Shown piece by piece: positions 32,941 to 45,970 of a stretch of 64,000 nucleotides of DNA. Where the stretch lies: NCBI RefSeq assembly GCF_009914755.1, contig NC_060939.1; one strand, written 5' to 3'. The notes beneath the pieces were generated by a model, which saw only the letters and a list, made by a program, of their open reading frames with translations, was not told the DNA's origin and made no database searches. This DNA comes from the human T2T-CHM13v2.0 reference genome, Homo sapiens. Position 1 is the first letter of the stretch, and each line of letters starts with the position of its first letter. The translations under genes and the position numbers were made by a program.

Positions 32941-33740
32941 AGGCGTGGACCTTTTTTCCTGTTCTTCAGGGTTACTACCAAAGTTGACTCCCTCGACTGA
33001 TCTTACTTTTCACATCTTCTTTATCTGACCCCCACCTTTGTACTCAGATTTGCTCCACCACCCTCACCTGCCATTGACAAGGGAAATTTAGCCTGCCTTC
33101 TCCTAGACTTGTGGTCTTTCCTAGATAGGTGGAAGCAGATTTTCATTAGATTAATTTTCTGAATCCATTGTGTGTGGGCATTCATTGAGATCTTGAACCA
33201 CAATGACTTTTGAGGCAGAACATAAAATGAGAATAAGTAAATGAAGACTTAGCATATAACAGTTTTACCCCTTCTAAAATTTTGTTTGCCCTTCTTTTAT
33301 AAGGTGTAGAAGAGTTTGCTATTCTAATCGTCCTTAATGTCAACAACCAAGAGATGATATCTAGCAAACAAAAACCCAGAGAGCATCTGTAACATTCAGA
33401 TACACCAAAAAAGTAAATTCTATGTTGTATGCTCCTCAAGTAGAATCAGACTTTTATCTTGGAAGGGAACTTCGTAGCCATATATTTCCTTCCTTTGTAA
33501 GATGTGAAACCAAGTAGAAATGCTTTGCTCCTCATTGTCACAAAATTTAAGTTTTTAGAGCTTTCAGTTCTAAAATAAATTTGAAATTATTAGTTAAATA
33601 TTTTGGGCTAAATTATCTTTCCTCAGCTTTGTAAGTTAAGAAACCTTAGATTACTTTTTTAAGTGTAAACATAACTCCCCATGTCTGTTGATAAAAAAGA
33701 GACCCTAAGGAGGATTAAACTGTTCTCATCCTTTCGTTAG

Positions 33741-33867
33741 GGAACTGGGAATTGAAGCTGGAGTGACTGCAGCTACTTATACACCTGGTGCATTGCATCC
33801 TCACTTGGCCCATTATCACGCACCTCCTCGACTTCATCACTTACAATTAGGAGCTCTTCCTTTAATG
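33741..33867 (+). CDS. RNF111: RNF111 exon 10
   Basis: cgttag|G GAA CTG...TTA ATG|gtaaaa; [16 protein letters not shown]...LGALPLM. Confidence 0.95.
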
Positions 33868-34199
33868 GTAAAATGGAAAATTTTCAAAATTTTGACATGT
33901 TCTAAAAGTTCCTTTTCTAAGTATTTTATTGGAAATACTTCACTATATTAATATAGATGTTTTAATAGAATTTGAGAGTAATCTTGTTAGCTAAAATTGT
34001 GCTATAAAAAGGTATTAGATGTATTAAAATCTGCACGTATAATTTGCATCATAACATGTACTCTTAATGTACGACATGACAAAAAAGTGTGGGGTTTTTT
34101 GTATACCAAGATACTCTTAATCCACTGTCAGGAGTATACTGTGCTTCAGTTATTTTGCCGTAAGTGGTAATAGATCGGTTCTGATGCAGTCATACTTGA

Positions 34200-34481
<282 letters not shown>

Positions 34482-34739
34482 TGAGCCAGGGCACCCAGCC
34501 TGATTTTCTAATCTGCAGAAAGATTATACTAATTCTCTACATCTGATTTAAGCAGGTTCAGATTTTGTAAAGTGCTAAAGGACAAGTTCAGCAAAACATA
34601 CATTGCGTTTGCTGTTTGTATTACATACTTGTTATATAAATGGTACAGAAAAGGGAATAGTTTTGTGTTGTTGTGGGTAGAGGCACTGCAGGAAAGCTTT
34701 CAGAGAAGCTTTCTGGTACATGTGACTTCTAAGCAGACT

Positions 34740-36480
34740 GGATTATGGAATGGTGCTCTTGCAGAGGTTACAGCATGTAAAGATGTAGCAAATAGCACAA
34801 GCACTGGGAACTCCAAGTAAGCTGGTGTTTCTAATTTTAGGAGTGAGGGTCAGGCAGCAGTGAGAAATAAAACTGTTCTACCAAGAAACTGGAACTCAGG
34901 AACCATTGAAGGGGAAATGTCCTGATCAAATTTATGATTTTAGAGTTATTTAATCAGATTATAGTTAGATCACCTCCTCAGTTATGTGGAAAAATAGATG
35001 TAAATGTGGGAAACCAGTTAGGACATTATAGTAGAAGAGGTAAATATTGATGAATGCCTGAATGAAGGCAATTGTAGTTGGCATAAAAATGATGATACAC
35101 ATTTGAGAGATATTTAGGGTTTGGGTGAAGGGGTTAGGTGAGTTAGGTCTTGGATGTACTGAATCTCTATGAAAGTTGAATGTCCAATAGGAAGTTAAGC
35201 CTGTGGTCTGGATTTCCAAAGATATTTGGGTTAAAGATATGTTTTGATCTGTCAGTATATGGAGGTAATGAATCCATGGAAGAGGATTAGGTTTTCAGGA
35301 AAAATGTGCAGAGTGACAAGAGGGTGAAAAAACCTTAGAGAATGACAATACTGTATTTAAATGATAATACTATGCTTTGAACAAAGGATTCTGAGAACTG
35401 GCTTGAAAAGTTGAGAAACACAGTTAAAATAATATCAGAAAATACAGTTACCACTTGAACAATGCAGAGGTTAGGGGTGTTGACCCTCCTCACAGTCGAA
35501 AATCAGAGTATAACTTTTGAGTTCCTAAAATCTTAACTACTAATAGTCTATTGTTGATCGGAAGCCTTACTGCTAAAATAAACAGTTGATCAACACATAT
35601 TCTGTATGTTATAAGTACGTGATAATGATAGTCTACAATAGATAATGATAGTTTACAATAAAGTAGAAAAAAATGTTAAGAAAATTATAAGGAAGGGAAA
35701 ATACATTTACTATTCGTTAAGTGAAAGTGTATCATTATAAAGGTCTCTTTCCTTATTGTCTTCACATTGAGTAAGCTGAAGAGTAGGAAAAGGAGGGATT
35801 CATCTTGCTGTCTCTGGGGTGGCAGAGGTGGCAGAAAATCTACATGTAAGCAGACCCATGCAGTTCAAACCCATTTTATGTTGTTCAAGGGTGAACTGTA
35901 ATATGGTCAGTATGGTGTCATCACAAAAAAATAAAGTTTGAAAAGTATTGAAAGCATTTGGCAGTAGAGTGGTTATTGGTCTTTTGTGTCAGAATGGTTC
36001 AGTAATGGTGAGTGATGTAGATGGGGCACCTCTTAGATTACGTACGGTAAGGAAGTGAAAACATGGAGACAGTGAATATAGCCTTCTTGCTTTATAAGCT
36101 TGGCTGTGAAGGGAAAGTGAAGGAAACCCCTATTTGGTTGGCAGTAATTCCAGGATTAGTAGAGAATTTAGGTTTGGAAAAACTTAAGGTATTTTCAGGT
36201 TTAAGACAGAAAACCATTAGAGAGGAATTGTTTGAAGATATTGAAGAGAGAGAGGCTTGGTGGGAAGTAGTGAAGTAAGCATGACCCAGGGTGAACAGGT
36301 GAAGGGAGGAGTGGGTGATAAGGATTGAGTTCGAATAGGAGAAAAGCTCATCCATAAAGGCTGGAGGAAAGAGACTAGGGAGGAGAGGCTTTTCAGGGTA
36401 AGTGAAGATTTAGATAATTTGGGATGCAGGAGTTCCTTTCCGATTTCTTTGAAGATGTTTAGGAGGTTGGGTTATCTGCT
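34740..36480 (-). mobile_element. Degraded L2 relic (host of the Tigger2a)
   Basis: Purine-rich L2-type motifs such as ggaaaccagttagg, tttgagagatattt, gaatgtccaataggaagtt; boundaries approximate. Confidence 0.5.
35445..35898 (-). mobile_element. Tigger2a-like MITE inserted in an L2 relic
   Basis: TIRs CAGTTACCACTTGAACAA...TTGTTCAAGGGTGAACTG with TA on both sides; 454 bp. Confidence 0.75.
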
Positions 36481-36744
36481 GAGTAGTAATGATCTTGGTT
36501 ATAAGAAAAGTTGTAAACAATTTAAGTAATAGGCTATTGAAGGTTAAAAGTTATTGCTTATTTAAATTCTTTTCCACATATGAAGTGTCCGTTAAAGCTA
36601 TAAATTCTGCTTAAAGTATGTTGTGATTCAGTGTAGGCTAATTAAAAAGTAATGTCAGAGATTTATTTATAAAGATGGAAGAATGGTGCTGTATCTCAGA
36701 AATGCCCTTTCCTAATACTCTCACTATGCATGGCAGTTATGATC

Positions 36745-37291
36745 TATACAGTTGCTGCAAACACTGAATTAGCAAATATGGGACCCTTGCAAACCTCTGT
36801 TCACAACTAATCAGTGTATAACCTTTTTTATGTGTGTTTCTGCTTAAAGACAACTTTAAAAAATATTGTAGAATCATTAACATTGAACTCATAGCCAACA
36901 ACACTGTAACTCATGCGTGAATGAAACTTATTCTCTCCATAAGGTGTATGACAGCCTTCTTTGCTTAGGAACACTAGACAGCACTTCAGCTCTATGCTTG
37001 GGTGCCATTTTAAACAACACAATCACCAACAAAAAGCACAAAACTGTGAAAAACGTGGCACTAAACAGTCTGCAAACAAGACACTGGTTTATAGTAGGAG
37101 CTCAAATACGGCAGAGCCCTGTTCTACCTCAGCTGGGAACAGAGTTGCATGTTGGGCAACTGCAATTTTTTGCCACCGGTCATATCCACGAATGACTCTG
37201 AAAGCACAAGTGTTGATTATGGGGTTACAAGTAAATTTTAGCCTGTGGGTCAGTTCACACATATGTAATCCATAAATAATGAAGATTGACT
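36745..37291 (-). mobile_element. MER82-like Tigger-family element
   Basis: Internal ttaggaacactagacagcacttcagc...caccaacaaaaagcacaaaa and right terminus aataatgaagattgactg|ta. Confidence 0.7.
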
Positions 37292-37748
37292 GTAACTAAC
37301 AAAAAATTAGAAAACAGTGTTAAAAGTTTCCCTAATAGAATCAAGCAAAAAAGGCATAGGGTACTTTGGCTGTTAGGAAGCTTAACAGAAGTGAAGTAAA
37401 AAACTTATCTTGAAGTCGAATTTTGTTGGAAAATTGTGTGCATTTTTTGTTGTTGTTTTAATAAAGCTCTCTGAAATGGACAGGATCTTAAGACAATTTT
37501 ACTCTTTTCAAGTTTGAGCTACTAAGAGCCTCAGGCTTAAGTTTGGGCATTTTGGAGAGTTAGGTTATATTTTAACAGAAACCTAAACCTGTTACAGAAT
37601 GCTTAGTTGGAGTTATGTATTCTTATTGAAGTCAAATTTTATGAGCAGTTGAATTGAAAACATTGAGGGTCTTGAATTATTCAATGTTAACAGTAAATCA
37701 CAAGTCTATTCTTAAAATTGATTTAGCCTATCTCTTCTGTTGAAATAG

Positions 37749-37841
37749 GTTCCTGATATGGCAGGCTATCCTCACATCCGTTACATTTCATCAGGATTGG
37801 ATGGAACATCATTCAGAGGTCCTTTCAGGGGCAATTTTGAG
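37749..37841 (+). CDS. RNF111: RNF111 exon 11
   Basis: aaatag|GTT CCT...TTT GAG|gtatgt; [31 protein letters not shown]; 93 nt. Confidence 0.95.
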
Positions 37842-38332
37842 GTATGTAATAAAATAAATGAATATGTTTGTCACAGTATCTTTAATGCAGATTGAGTATA
37901 TATATACTACTATACACAATTGTGTAGGACTGCTACAGTGGCTGGGAATCACATGTGATTTTCTGATGTTGCTTCTGGGAGTTACAGAAATATTTGTAAG
38001 TATTATTAATCTTAGGGTCAAAAGTTACCGAAATATTTAAAGATGAGTAAATGAAAATATCTAATATAGAAGAATATAAAAATGTATTAAATCAATATAA
38101 ATGTCAGATATATAACTATACCATTAAATGTGGTGGGGAACGGAATGTTTTTGACTCAGCTAAATTTTTAGAGAAATCGGTAGAGAAAAAGAAACTTAAG
38201 TAATTCCCTTTGTAGCTAAATGTCTTGTTTGAATTTTCAGGAAGAACAAATCATTCGAATGGGATTTAAAGTTTTGTTGTGGTTTGTTTTTTTGTTTGTT
38301 TGTTTGTTTGTTTGTTGTTGTTGTTTTTTTAG

Positions 38333-38530
<198 letters not shown>

Positions 38531-39140
38531 TGAACTCCTGACCTCAAGTGATCCACCCACCTTGGCCTCCCAAAGTACTGGGATTACAGGCGCAAGCCAC
38601 CGCACCCGGCCCCCGTTGTGTTTTTTTTATGTCAGTTTGGAAGTTGGAGTCATTGTGACTTAGAACTATTGTTTGATTTGGTTCCTTAATTTACTAGAAT
38701 TATTTCATCTTCTCCATACATACATACATACTGACTTACATAGTACCATGTGATAATATTGTTGTAATTTATAAAGATAACTTTTGCTGTACCATTTCAG
38801 TTGGCTGAGGAAAACATGATAAACAACCATTTGCCTTACTGTCTATGAGAAACATTAAGTCAGGCATGGTGGCTCACACCTGTAATCTCAGCAGTTTAGG
38901 AGGCCGAGGTGGGAGGATCACTTGAGGCCAGGAGTTTGAGACCAGCCTGGGCAACATATAAACTGTTTTATATATATACTTATATATAAGTAACCACTTG
39001 TCATGTGTAAGTTTTTTTGAACACTGTATTTATATTGCAAGTTTCTAAGTATGGAGGTTTATTTCTTATACAATGTTGACAGTTCTGTTCAAGGAATAAT
39101 CATCTTGGCTTTTACCAGTCATTATATTCTTCACTTTCAG

Positions 39141-39236
39141 GAACTGATTCATTTGGAAGAAAGATTAGGCAATGTCAATCGTGGAGCATCCCAGGGGACA
39201 ATTGAAAGATGTACATATCCACATAAATACAAAAAG
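39141..39236 (+). CDS. RNF111: RNF111 exon 12, NRG/TIER motifs
   Basis: tttcag|GAA...AAA AAG|gtaaga; [32 protein letters not shown]; 96 nt. Confidence 0.96.
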
Positions 39237-39793
39237 GTAAGAATTTATTCTATGAAACTTCTGGAGTGTTACTGAAAGGCATAAATGTAATATATACCTT
39301 TTTTGAATTTGTAGACTCTAGCAATGACATTTTTATTGAAGTAATGCATACATATTGTTTAAAAATTTTGGAAAGTATAAAAAATATATACTTTGCAGTT
39401 TTTTACTCTGCAGACCCTAGTCCTTCTTCCCAGAAGTGAAATCATAGTTAAGGATTTAGATATTCTTCTAGATATTTTTTAGCATTTTCTAATAATGTGC
39501 ATATGTATATATATTTTTGTCTACTTTAAAAAAAACACAAAAGGAGATGATTACCACATAGTTTGCAGATTGCCTTTCATGCCAATTAGCTCCCACAGAT
39601 CACCCTTATTATTTTTAATAGCTTATGCAGAATTCCATCATATGGCAGTACTGTAATTTTTTTAACTAGCAATTTATTTTGACGGACATTTTATTGATGT
39701 ATGTTTCTTCTACTCTACCCTCAGTTGCTTGTATAGCATTATACAGTTATGGGGTAGACATGTTAAATACGTGTCTTAAACCATGCTCAATAC

Positions 39794-40113
39794 CAACGGT
39801 CCCCAACCTTTTTGACACCAGGGACCAGTTTTCATGGAAGACAATTTTTCATGGATAGGTGGCAGAGGGGATAGTTTCAGAATGAAACTATTCCACCTCA
39901 GATTATCAGGCATTAGTTAGATTCTCTTAAGGAGCATGCAACCTAGATCCCTCACATGCACAGTTTACAATAGGGTTCACGCTTCTATGAGAATCTATCG
40001 CTGCTGCTGATCTGACAGGAGGAAGAGCTCCAGCAGTGATGCTCGCTCACCTGCCACTCACCTCCTGCTGTGCAGCCAGGTACTGGTTTGCAGCCCAGGG
40101 GTTGGAGACTCCT
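39794..40113 (+). mobile_element. MER1B (hAT-Charlie)
   Basis: ggtccccaacctttt...cacctcagattatcaggcattagttagattctc...cccaggggttggagactcct. Confidence 0.8.
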
Positions 40114-40618
40114 TTATACTATGTAAAGAATAATCATAAAGTGTGAAAATTACTATTCTCTGTATTTTTCATCTATTTTCAAAGAGTATTGAGGTATTAC
40201 CAGTACATTCAAGTTTTCAACTGTCCAAGTTAAATACTGTAACTAATGTTAATTTAAATGGATGTTACTTGAAACATTCACTAATAAAAAAAACTTATTT
40301 ATGCTCATGGTAGGATAAAAATAGTTTATATTGTTTATCATTCTCATTGTGGATTAAAAGTAATAGCTTTTAAGTGAATGAATTTCTGTTAAATTTGATT
40401 TTGCTTTTGATCCCAATTATTAGAGGGTCTTAAAAATATACTTAATTGATGATAGTCACTTAATTCATCCATTTATTTATGACAGTCTTACCTGGGAAAA
40501 AAGTGCGGGTGAATATGTGGTTTTGTTTTGTTTTGTTTTTCAAATAAACACAGACTTTACTCAGTTGTTCAATAATGTCATCTCTACTAATAAGGTAACA
40601 ACTGATTGGTTCTCACAG

Positions 40619-40722
40619 AGGAAACTGCACTGCAAACAAGATGGGGAAGAAGGGACTGAGGAAGACACAGAGGAAAAATGTACTATCTGTTTGTCTATTT
40701 TAGAGGAAGGTGAAGATGTGAG
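40619..40722 (+). CDS. RNF111: RNF111 exon 13, first half of the RING-H2 (alternative upstream acceptor at 40595 adds VTTDWFSQ)
   Basis: ctcacag|AGG AAA...GTG AG|gtaact; [35 protein letters not shown]. Confidence 0.95.
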
Positions 40723-40777
40723 GTAACTAGATATTAATTATCTAAAATCCATTGTCAAAACTGTACATGGGATTTTA

Positions 40778-40972
<195 letters not shown>

Positions 40973-42864
40973 TCAGGAGACTAAGGCAGGAGGATGGCTC
41001 AAGCCCAGGAGTTTGAGACTGCAGTGAGCTTTGAGCACACCACACTGCACTCCAGCCTGGGCAATAGAGTGAGACCCTGTCTCTGAAAAAAAAGAGTAAA
41101 AGTAAACTGGAAACCAAATAAAGATTACTTTTGGCATATACTGTTACCAATTTCTGGCACGTAGAACTGGCTTCATCTGGCGAGTGAAACAATAAAAGAT
41201 TAAAGTATCTATGTTACCAACATGGGAGTGGGAAATATACTGCCTATTGTAGGGCCACACAAGGTTTGGCCAGGGAAATTTCGTAGTCAAAATTGTCTTC
41301 TGTAAATCTTGCAGAAATGAGAATTTGAGAGGCTTTGGAGGTCCTAGAAAGTTATAATGTGTTCTTCAAAACTTAAACAGGGATCCAGATTAGTCCTATG
41401 CAGTCTGTTTTACAGCATCTTTTTTTTTTTTTTTTTTTTTTTTCCTTTTCTGGGAGATGGTCTCCTTCTGTTGCCCAGGCTCAGGGCAGCAGTCTCAGCT
41501 CACTGCAACCTCCACCTCCTGGGCTGAAGCGATCCACCTACCTCAGCCTCCCAAAATGCTGGGATTACAGGCGTAAGCCACTGCACTCGGCTATAGCATC
41601 TTTTATAAACTGGTTTTGTCATAAAATTTCCTCTAAACTAGTAGGACTATTCCCTTCTTGCACCTTTGTTGTTTAGAAAATGTTAATATGTTAACCCTAT
41701 ATTAATTTTAGGCATTTTCTTTGTATAATCACTTAAGTAATTGTTTTCTTCCTGTTCTTTTTTTTAATGTTAACATAATGCCATATGAAACAGGTTCTAT
41801 ATCATATATAACAGAACCTTGTAGTAATATTATTGCCCTAATTTATAAGGATAACTTTGTCGTACCTCTTCAGTTGGCTGAGAAAAAAATTGTCTACCAT
41901 ACGACAAATAAGGTTTTTTGCACACTGTATTTCTAATGAAGGTTTATAAATTTGGAACTTAATTGCTTTTACAGTATTGACAATACTGTTCAAGGAATAA
42001 TTGGGATACTTTTTAAGGCTATTATTTTAACAAGATATTAGGAAGTCTGAAAAGTGTATAAAAACTCTTAACAGTTGCTAGAAGTAGAAATGGACACGAG
42101 TCAGTAACTTTTATTCCACTGTTAACACTCAGATTTAATGTTACCCTATCTTGCTTGGGGGCTTTATTTCTCAATTTCTAATTGGTAATTTGGCATGATG
42201 TAAACAAACAAATCATTACATCTCCTTTTAACTTACCTGTTAAACAGTAGCACAATATTAAGTGTATATAACAATTATTCCGTGAAAAAAGTATTACTCA
42301 CCTTTAATCAGTTATGTACTTAAGTTTAATGTGTAAAGATATTCTTGATAGAAAATAACATTGCACAATAAGACATTTTTTAGTGAGGAAAGTGTAGTTA
42401 CTATATATTTGCCACATGAATTGTAATGTTTTTGAGAGAGAATTAAATGATGTAATAAATATATATTTGAGATAATATGTATTTTTAAAGGGCATTACAA
42501 ATACAGTGATGATTTGATTTTTAAAAATATATTTGCAATATTATGTGACAGGTAACATACTGCTAACTCCAGGGCATTGGCAGCTCCTGTACCAAAACAA
42601 AACTGGAATAATTGGCAGTGTAATTTGTGTTCTTACAGTTTTTAAGATTTTATATAATTTGGTCCTGTAGCTTTGAAAGTTAATTATCTTGATCATTTAT
42701 ATATTATATTGCCCAGAGTGCTAATTTAATCGATGTGTTTTTTATAGAAGAGGAAGATGCTTAGTACCTTCAAAACATTATTGAATTATTACATATATAA
42801 TTTGTTAACTACGTACAATTATCATAAAATTAATTTTTGCTTTTTGTTTTCTTGCCAATAATAG

Positions 42865-42982
42865 ACGTCTTCCATGTATGCACCTTTTCCACCAAGTGTG
42901 TGTTGACCAATGGTTGATTACCAATAAGAAGTGCCCCATATGCAGAGTGGACATTGAGGCCCAGCTGCCAAGTGAAAGTTGA
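42865..42982 (+). CDS. RNF111: RNF111 last coding exon, second half of the RING-H2 and stop
   Basis: aatag|A CGT CTT...AGT TGA; [38 protein letters not shown]; completes the C3H2C3 pattern. Confidence 0.97.
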
Positions 42983-44487
42983 CACCATGTTTCAGAACTC
43001 TTGCCCTCCCTCTCATTCCCATCCTTCCTGGTACTGCAGTCAACCAAAGATGGCATGACTTACCTGCGCAGATTTGGAAGCATTGAACTTAGAGTGCTGG
43101 CTCTGCTATATGGTACAACTAATGCTAGACCTACAGTTTATGTATACAGTTGATTTTGATGTATTTATAAAAGCTTTTTTTTCTAGATTTGACATTTTTC
43201 TGTATCATTTTACTGTATTTTTGCATGGTTCCTTGTATTGCATTTCTTTGCACATATTATGGGCTTGTGACCCTAAACTTGCAGGCAAGGTTAGCTGCTT
43301 TAGTAAGTAGAATTTTGTGGTCTTTTTGTTTTTTACATAGTACCAAGCCTTGATAATTATGAATTTTTTATCCATTACTAACCTTTAATTTAATCAATCA
43401 TGTACTTTAGTTTAATGTATAAAGATCCTCTAGAAAATGATAATATTGTGTATTAAGACATTCCTTAATTAGGACAAAATGGCTGCTGTATATTTACTAT
43501 ATGGAGTTCTGAGTTAAATACCATCCTTAATACTGGGAACAGAATACAACCCATATAAATCAGATGCAGGTGGTAGTCACATCACCAGAGTGATCAGTAT
43601 AAATTTTCTTGGTGTATCCTTTTCCTTTCAACACAGTGCAGATAAGAGTTGAATATTGATATCATACATTTAGACTGCTGTTCTGATTGCATTTATCTTT
43701 TTCCTACATCATTTAGAATTTTATTTCCCTGATTCAGTTTTTGCTGCTGTGAAACAGCTCTGATGAACACTAAATATTAATTTCAATTAGCTAGATTGTA
43801 CATACTTGCAGATTTAACAAAATTTTAGGGAAATTGAAAAAGACATGTAGAATTTGTTGTCTTCTGCTAAGCACGAAAAGTTAAGATATCTGCTTACATT
43901 GATTTTGTAGACACATTAAGTCAAGATTTGGAATTTAAGTCACTGGCAGGTATCTGTGCATTCATAGAACTTATAAAGGTCCCAGGATCACTTTTAAGGG
44001 ATTTTTATTAGTTTAAAGGTAAATAAAGTCAGCTGAATCTACATGTCTCTTGTTTTATTTCTCTCTAAACTTGAAAACAGTAAATCTGCAGATACTGTGA
44101 GGCACAAATTATACTGTCAACCTACTGTTGCTATGGTTATATACTCCCACTTCATACATTACCAAGAGTCGATCACTGATTTAAAATTTTTAATTTCTAT
44201 AGTTAAGATTTACTGCATAATATAGAATATAAAGTTAAGTTAACATACTAACATTTCTCCTTTGGAGGAAGTTTTAATCTACTTCAGGATGCATATTATT
44301 ATCAAGATACTTTCATATACAGGATAGCCTAATTTTATTTGTTTAAATATGCTTAATATGCCCCAGATTGCAAATGCATCCAGTCAGTAATATCACTGTC
44401 TGTATGTGGAGGACATGTTCCCATGGATCATATGTGAAGATGTCAATAAGCTTGCATTAAGCCACCTGCTTTGTAAGTGGATTGATT

Positions 44488-44493
44488 AATAAA
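44488..44493 (+). terminator. RNF111: Candidate proximal polyadenylation signal of RNF111
   Basis: AATAAA followed by GU-rich ttgtctttgtgtttc at about 44509-44523. Confidence 0.55.
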
Positions 44494-45114
44494 TAACTTA
44501 TATTTCTATTGTCTTTGTGTTTCATAATTAGTTTTTATAAAAACAGTTTACATTAAACATCTTGGAATTCAACAATAGTGATCTCACTCAAATTGACATT
44601 TGCATAATTTGACATTTATATTCATTCAGTTATGACTACTTGCCCTTTTCTTCATATTAGTAAATGTTACACTGTAGTAGTTGTCAATGTTAACAGGCTT
44701 CAACATAGTATGTGTGCAGATGGACGATGGATTTAAAGAGCATACCTTATGATTAAACCGAGGTTATAGAAGGTCAGGGGAGAGTGAAGGAGTCAGTGAC
44801 CTATGTCTGCCATCTTACTGGGGAAAAGAGCAAGTAGCCTGTCTTCCTTTAAGTAAGTAGCCTGTAATGGATGTACTACTTTGCCACTGGAATACCCCGG
44901 GTCTGTGCCAAGGGACTGAAGAAGTGTAAGATGGGGAGAACTGTATGTCATGGAGTCCTCTTGACGTTCCCCCAGATACAAGTAAAGCACAGGTGGATTT
45001 CTCTATTTTTGAATACTACATCAGATTTAGATGCACGACTACCTGTTGACTTGTTTTATAATTGCTACTGATTTTTTTAATGTAGGCAAAGCTTTGTTAC
45101 TTTGAAATTTATTT

Positions 45115-45120
45115 AATAAA
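45115..45120 (+). terminator. RNF111: Distal polyadenylation signal of RNF111
   Basis: AATAAA with a CA about 12 nt downstream and U/GU-rich sequence beyond; repeat-rich DNA begins soon after. Confidence 0.7.
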
Positions 45121-45386
45121 AGTATTTGTGACATAAACCTGAATTGTTAATATAGGAGCTTATTAAGCTACTGCCATTAGTTATCGAAAAATGTGATAAG
45201 TAATGAAGAAAGTAAGGAAGAAAATGACTTTGAACATTTTGACTTTTTGTGCTTTGTTTTGGTGTCTTCCATATCCTGCTGCATCTTATATGTCAAAATG
45301 AACATTTCAGTGGTAGCTGTCCAAATACATAAAAACTAAAATTCTTTTGTTAGCAAGTCCTTATTTTTATTGTTGTTAACATGCAA

Positions 45387-45653
45387 GTGATAAACTGATA
45401 ATTTGAAACATTTTTCTTACTCTGGTGACTTTCTTTTAGCTGCTAGCACACTTCAGCATTTGAACCATAACAGTTGTGATAAACTGATCGTTTGAAACGT
45501 TTTTCTTACTCTGGTGACTTTCTTTTAGCTGCTAGCACACTTCAGCATTTGAACCATAACAGTTGTGATAAACTGATCATTTGAAACGTTTTTCTTACTC
45601 TGGTGACTTTATTTTAGCTGCTAGCACACTTCAGCATTTGAACCATAACAGTT
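45387..45653. repeat. Tandem repeat, 3 x 89 bp
   Basis: Units start at 45387, 45476 and 45565; 2-3 substitutions between any two copies. Confidence 0.97.
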
Positions 45654-45695
45654 GACTTAGAGAAAACTACTTTTGTTTTAAAAACTGTTACTTGT

Positions 45696-45970
45696 TCACG
45701 CCTGTAATCCCAGCACTTTGGGAGGCTGAGGTGGGCAGATCATGAGGTCAGGAGATCGAGACCATCCTCGTTAACATGGTGAAACCCCATCTCTACTAAA
45801 AATACAAAAAATTAGCTGGTCATGGGTAGCGGGTGCCTGTAGTCCCAGCTACTCAGGAGGCTGATGCAGGAGAATGGCGTGAACCTGGGAGGCGGAGCTT
45901 TCAGTGAGCTGAGATAGCGCCACTGCACTCCAGCCTGGGTGACAGAGCCAGACTCCCTCTCAAAAAAAAA
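45696..45970 (+). mobile_element. Slightly 5'-truncated AluY
   Basis: AluY diagnostics; TSD aactgttacttgt/aactgttatttgt. Confidence 0.85.

Larger units (their letters stand above)
42983..45140 (+). other. RNF111: RNF111 3' UTR (about 2.1 kb, AU-rich, no Alu)
   Basis: Follows the stop codon; AATAAA at 44022, 44488 and 45115; end position approximate. Confidence 0.8.

Noticed and set aside
42002-42120. A decayed copy of exon 12 after the second duplicated element
   Set aside because: Similarity stops at aggaataat, and no exon-12-like sequence or acceptor follows
45387-45653. The 89-bp array as a CRISPR-like array or a C/D snoRNA cluster
   Set aside because: There are no unique spacers; GTGATAA is only a degenerate box C, CTGA follows it almost immediately, and I see no terminal stem
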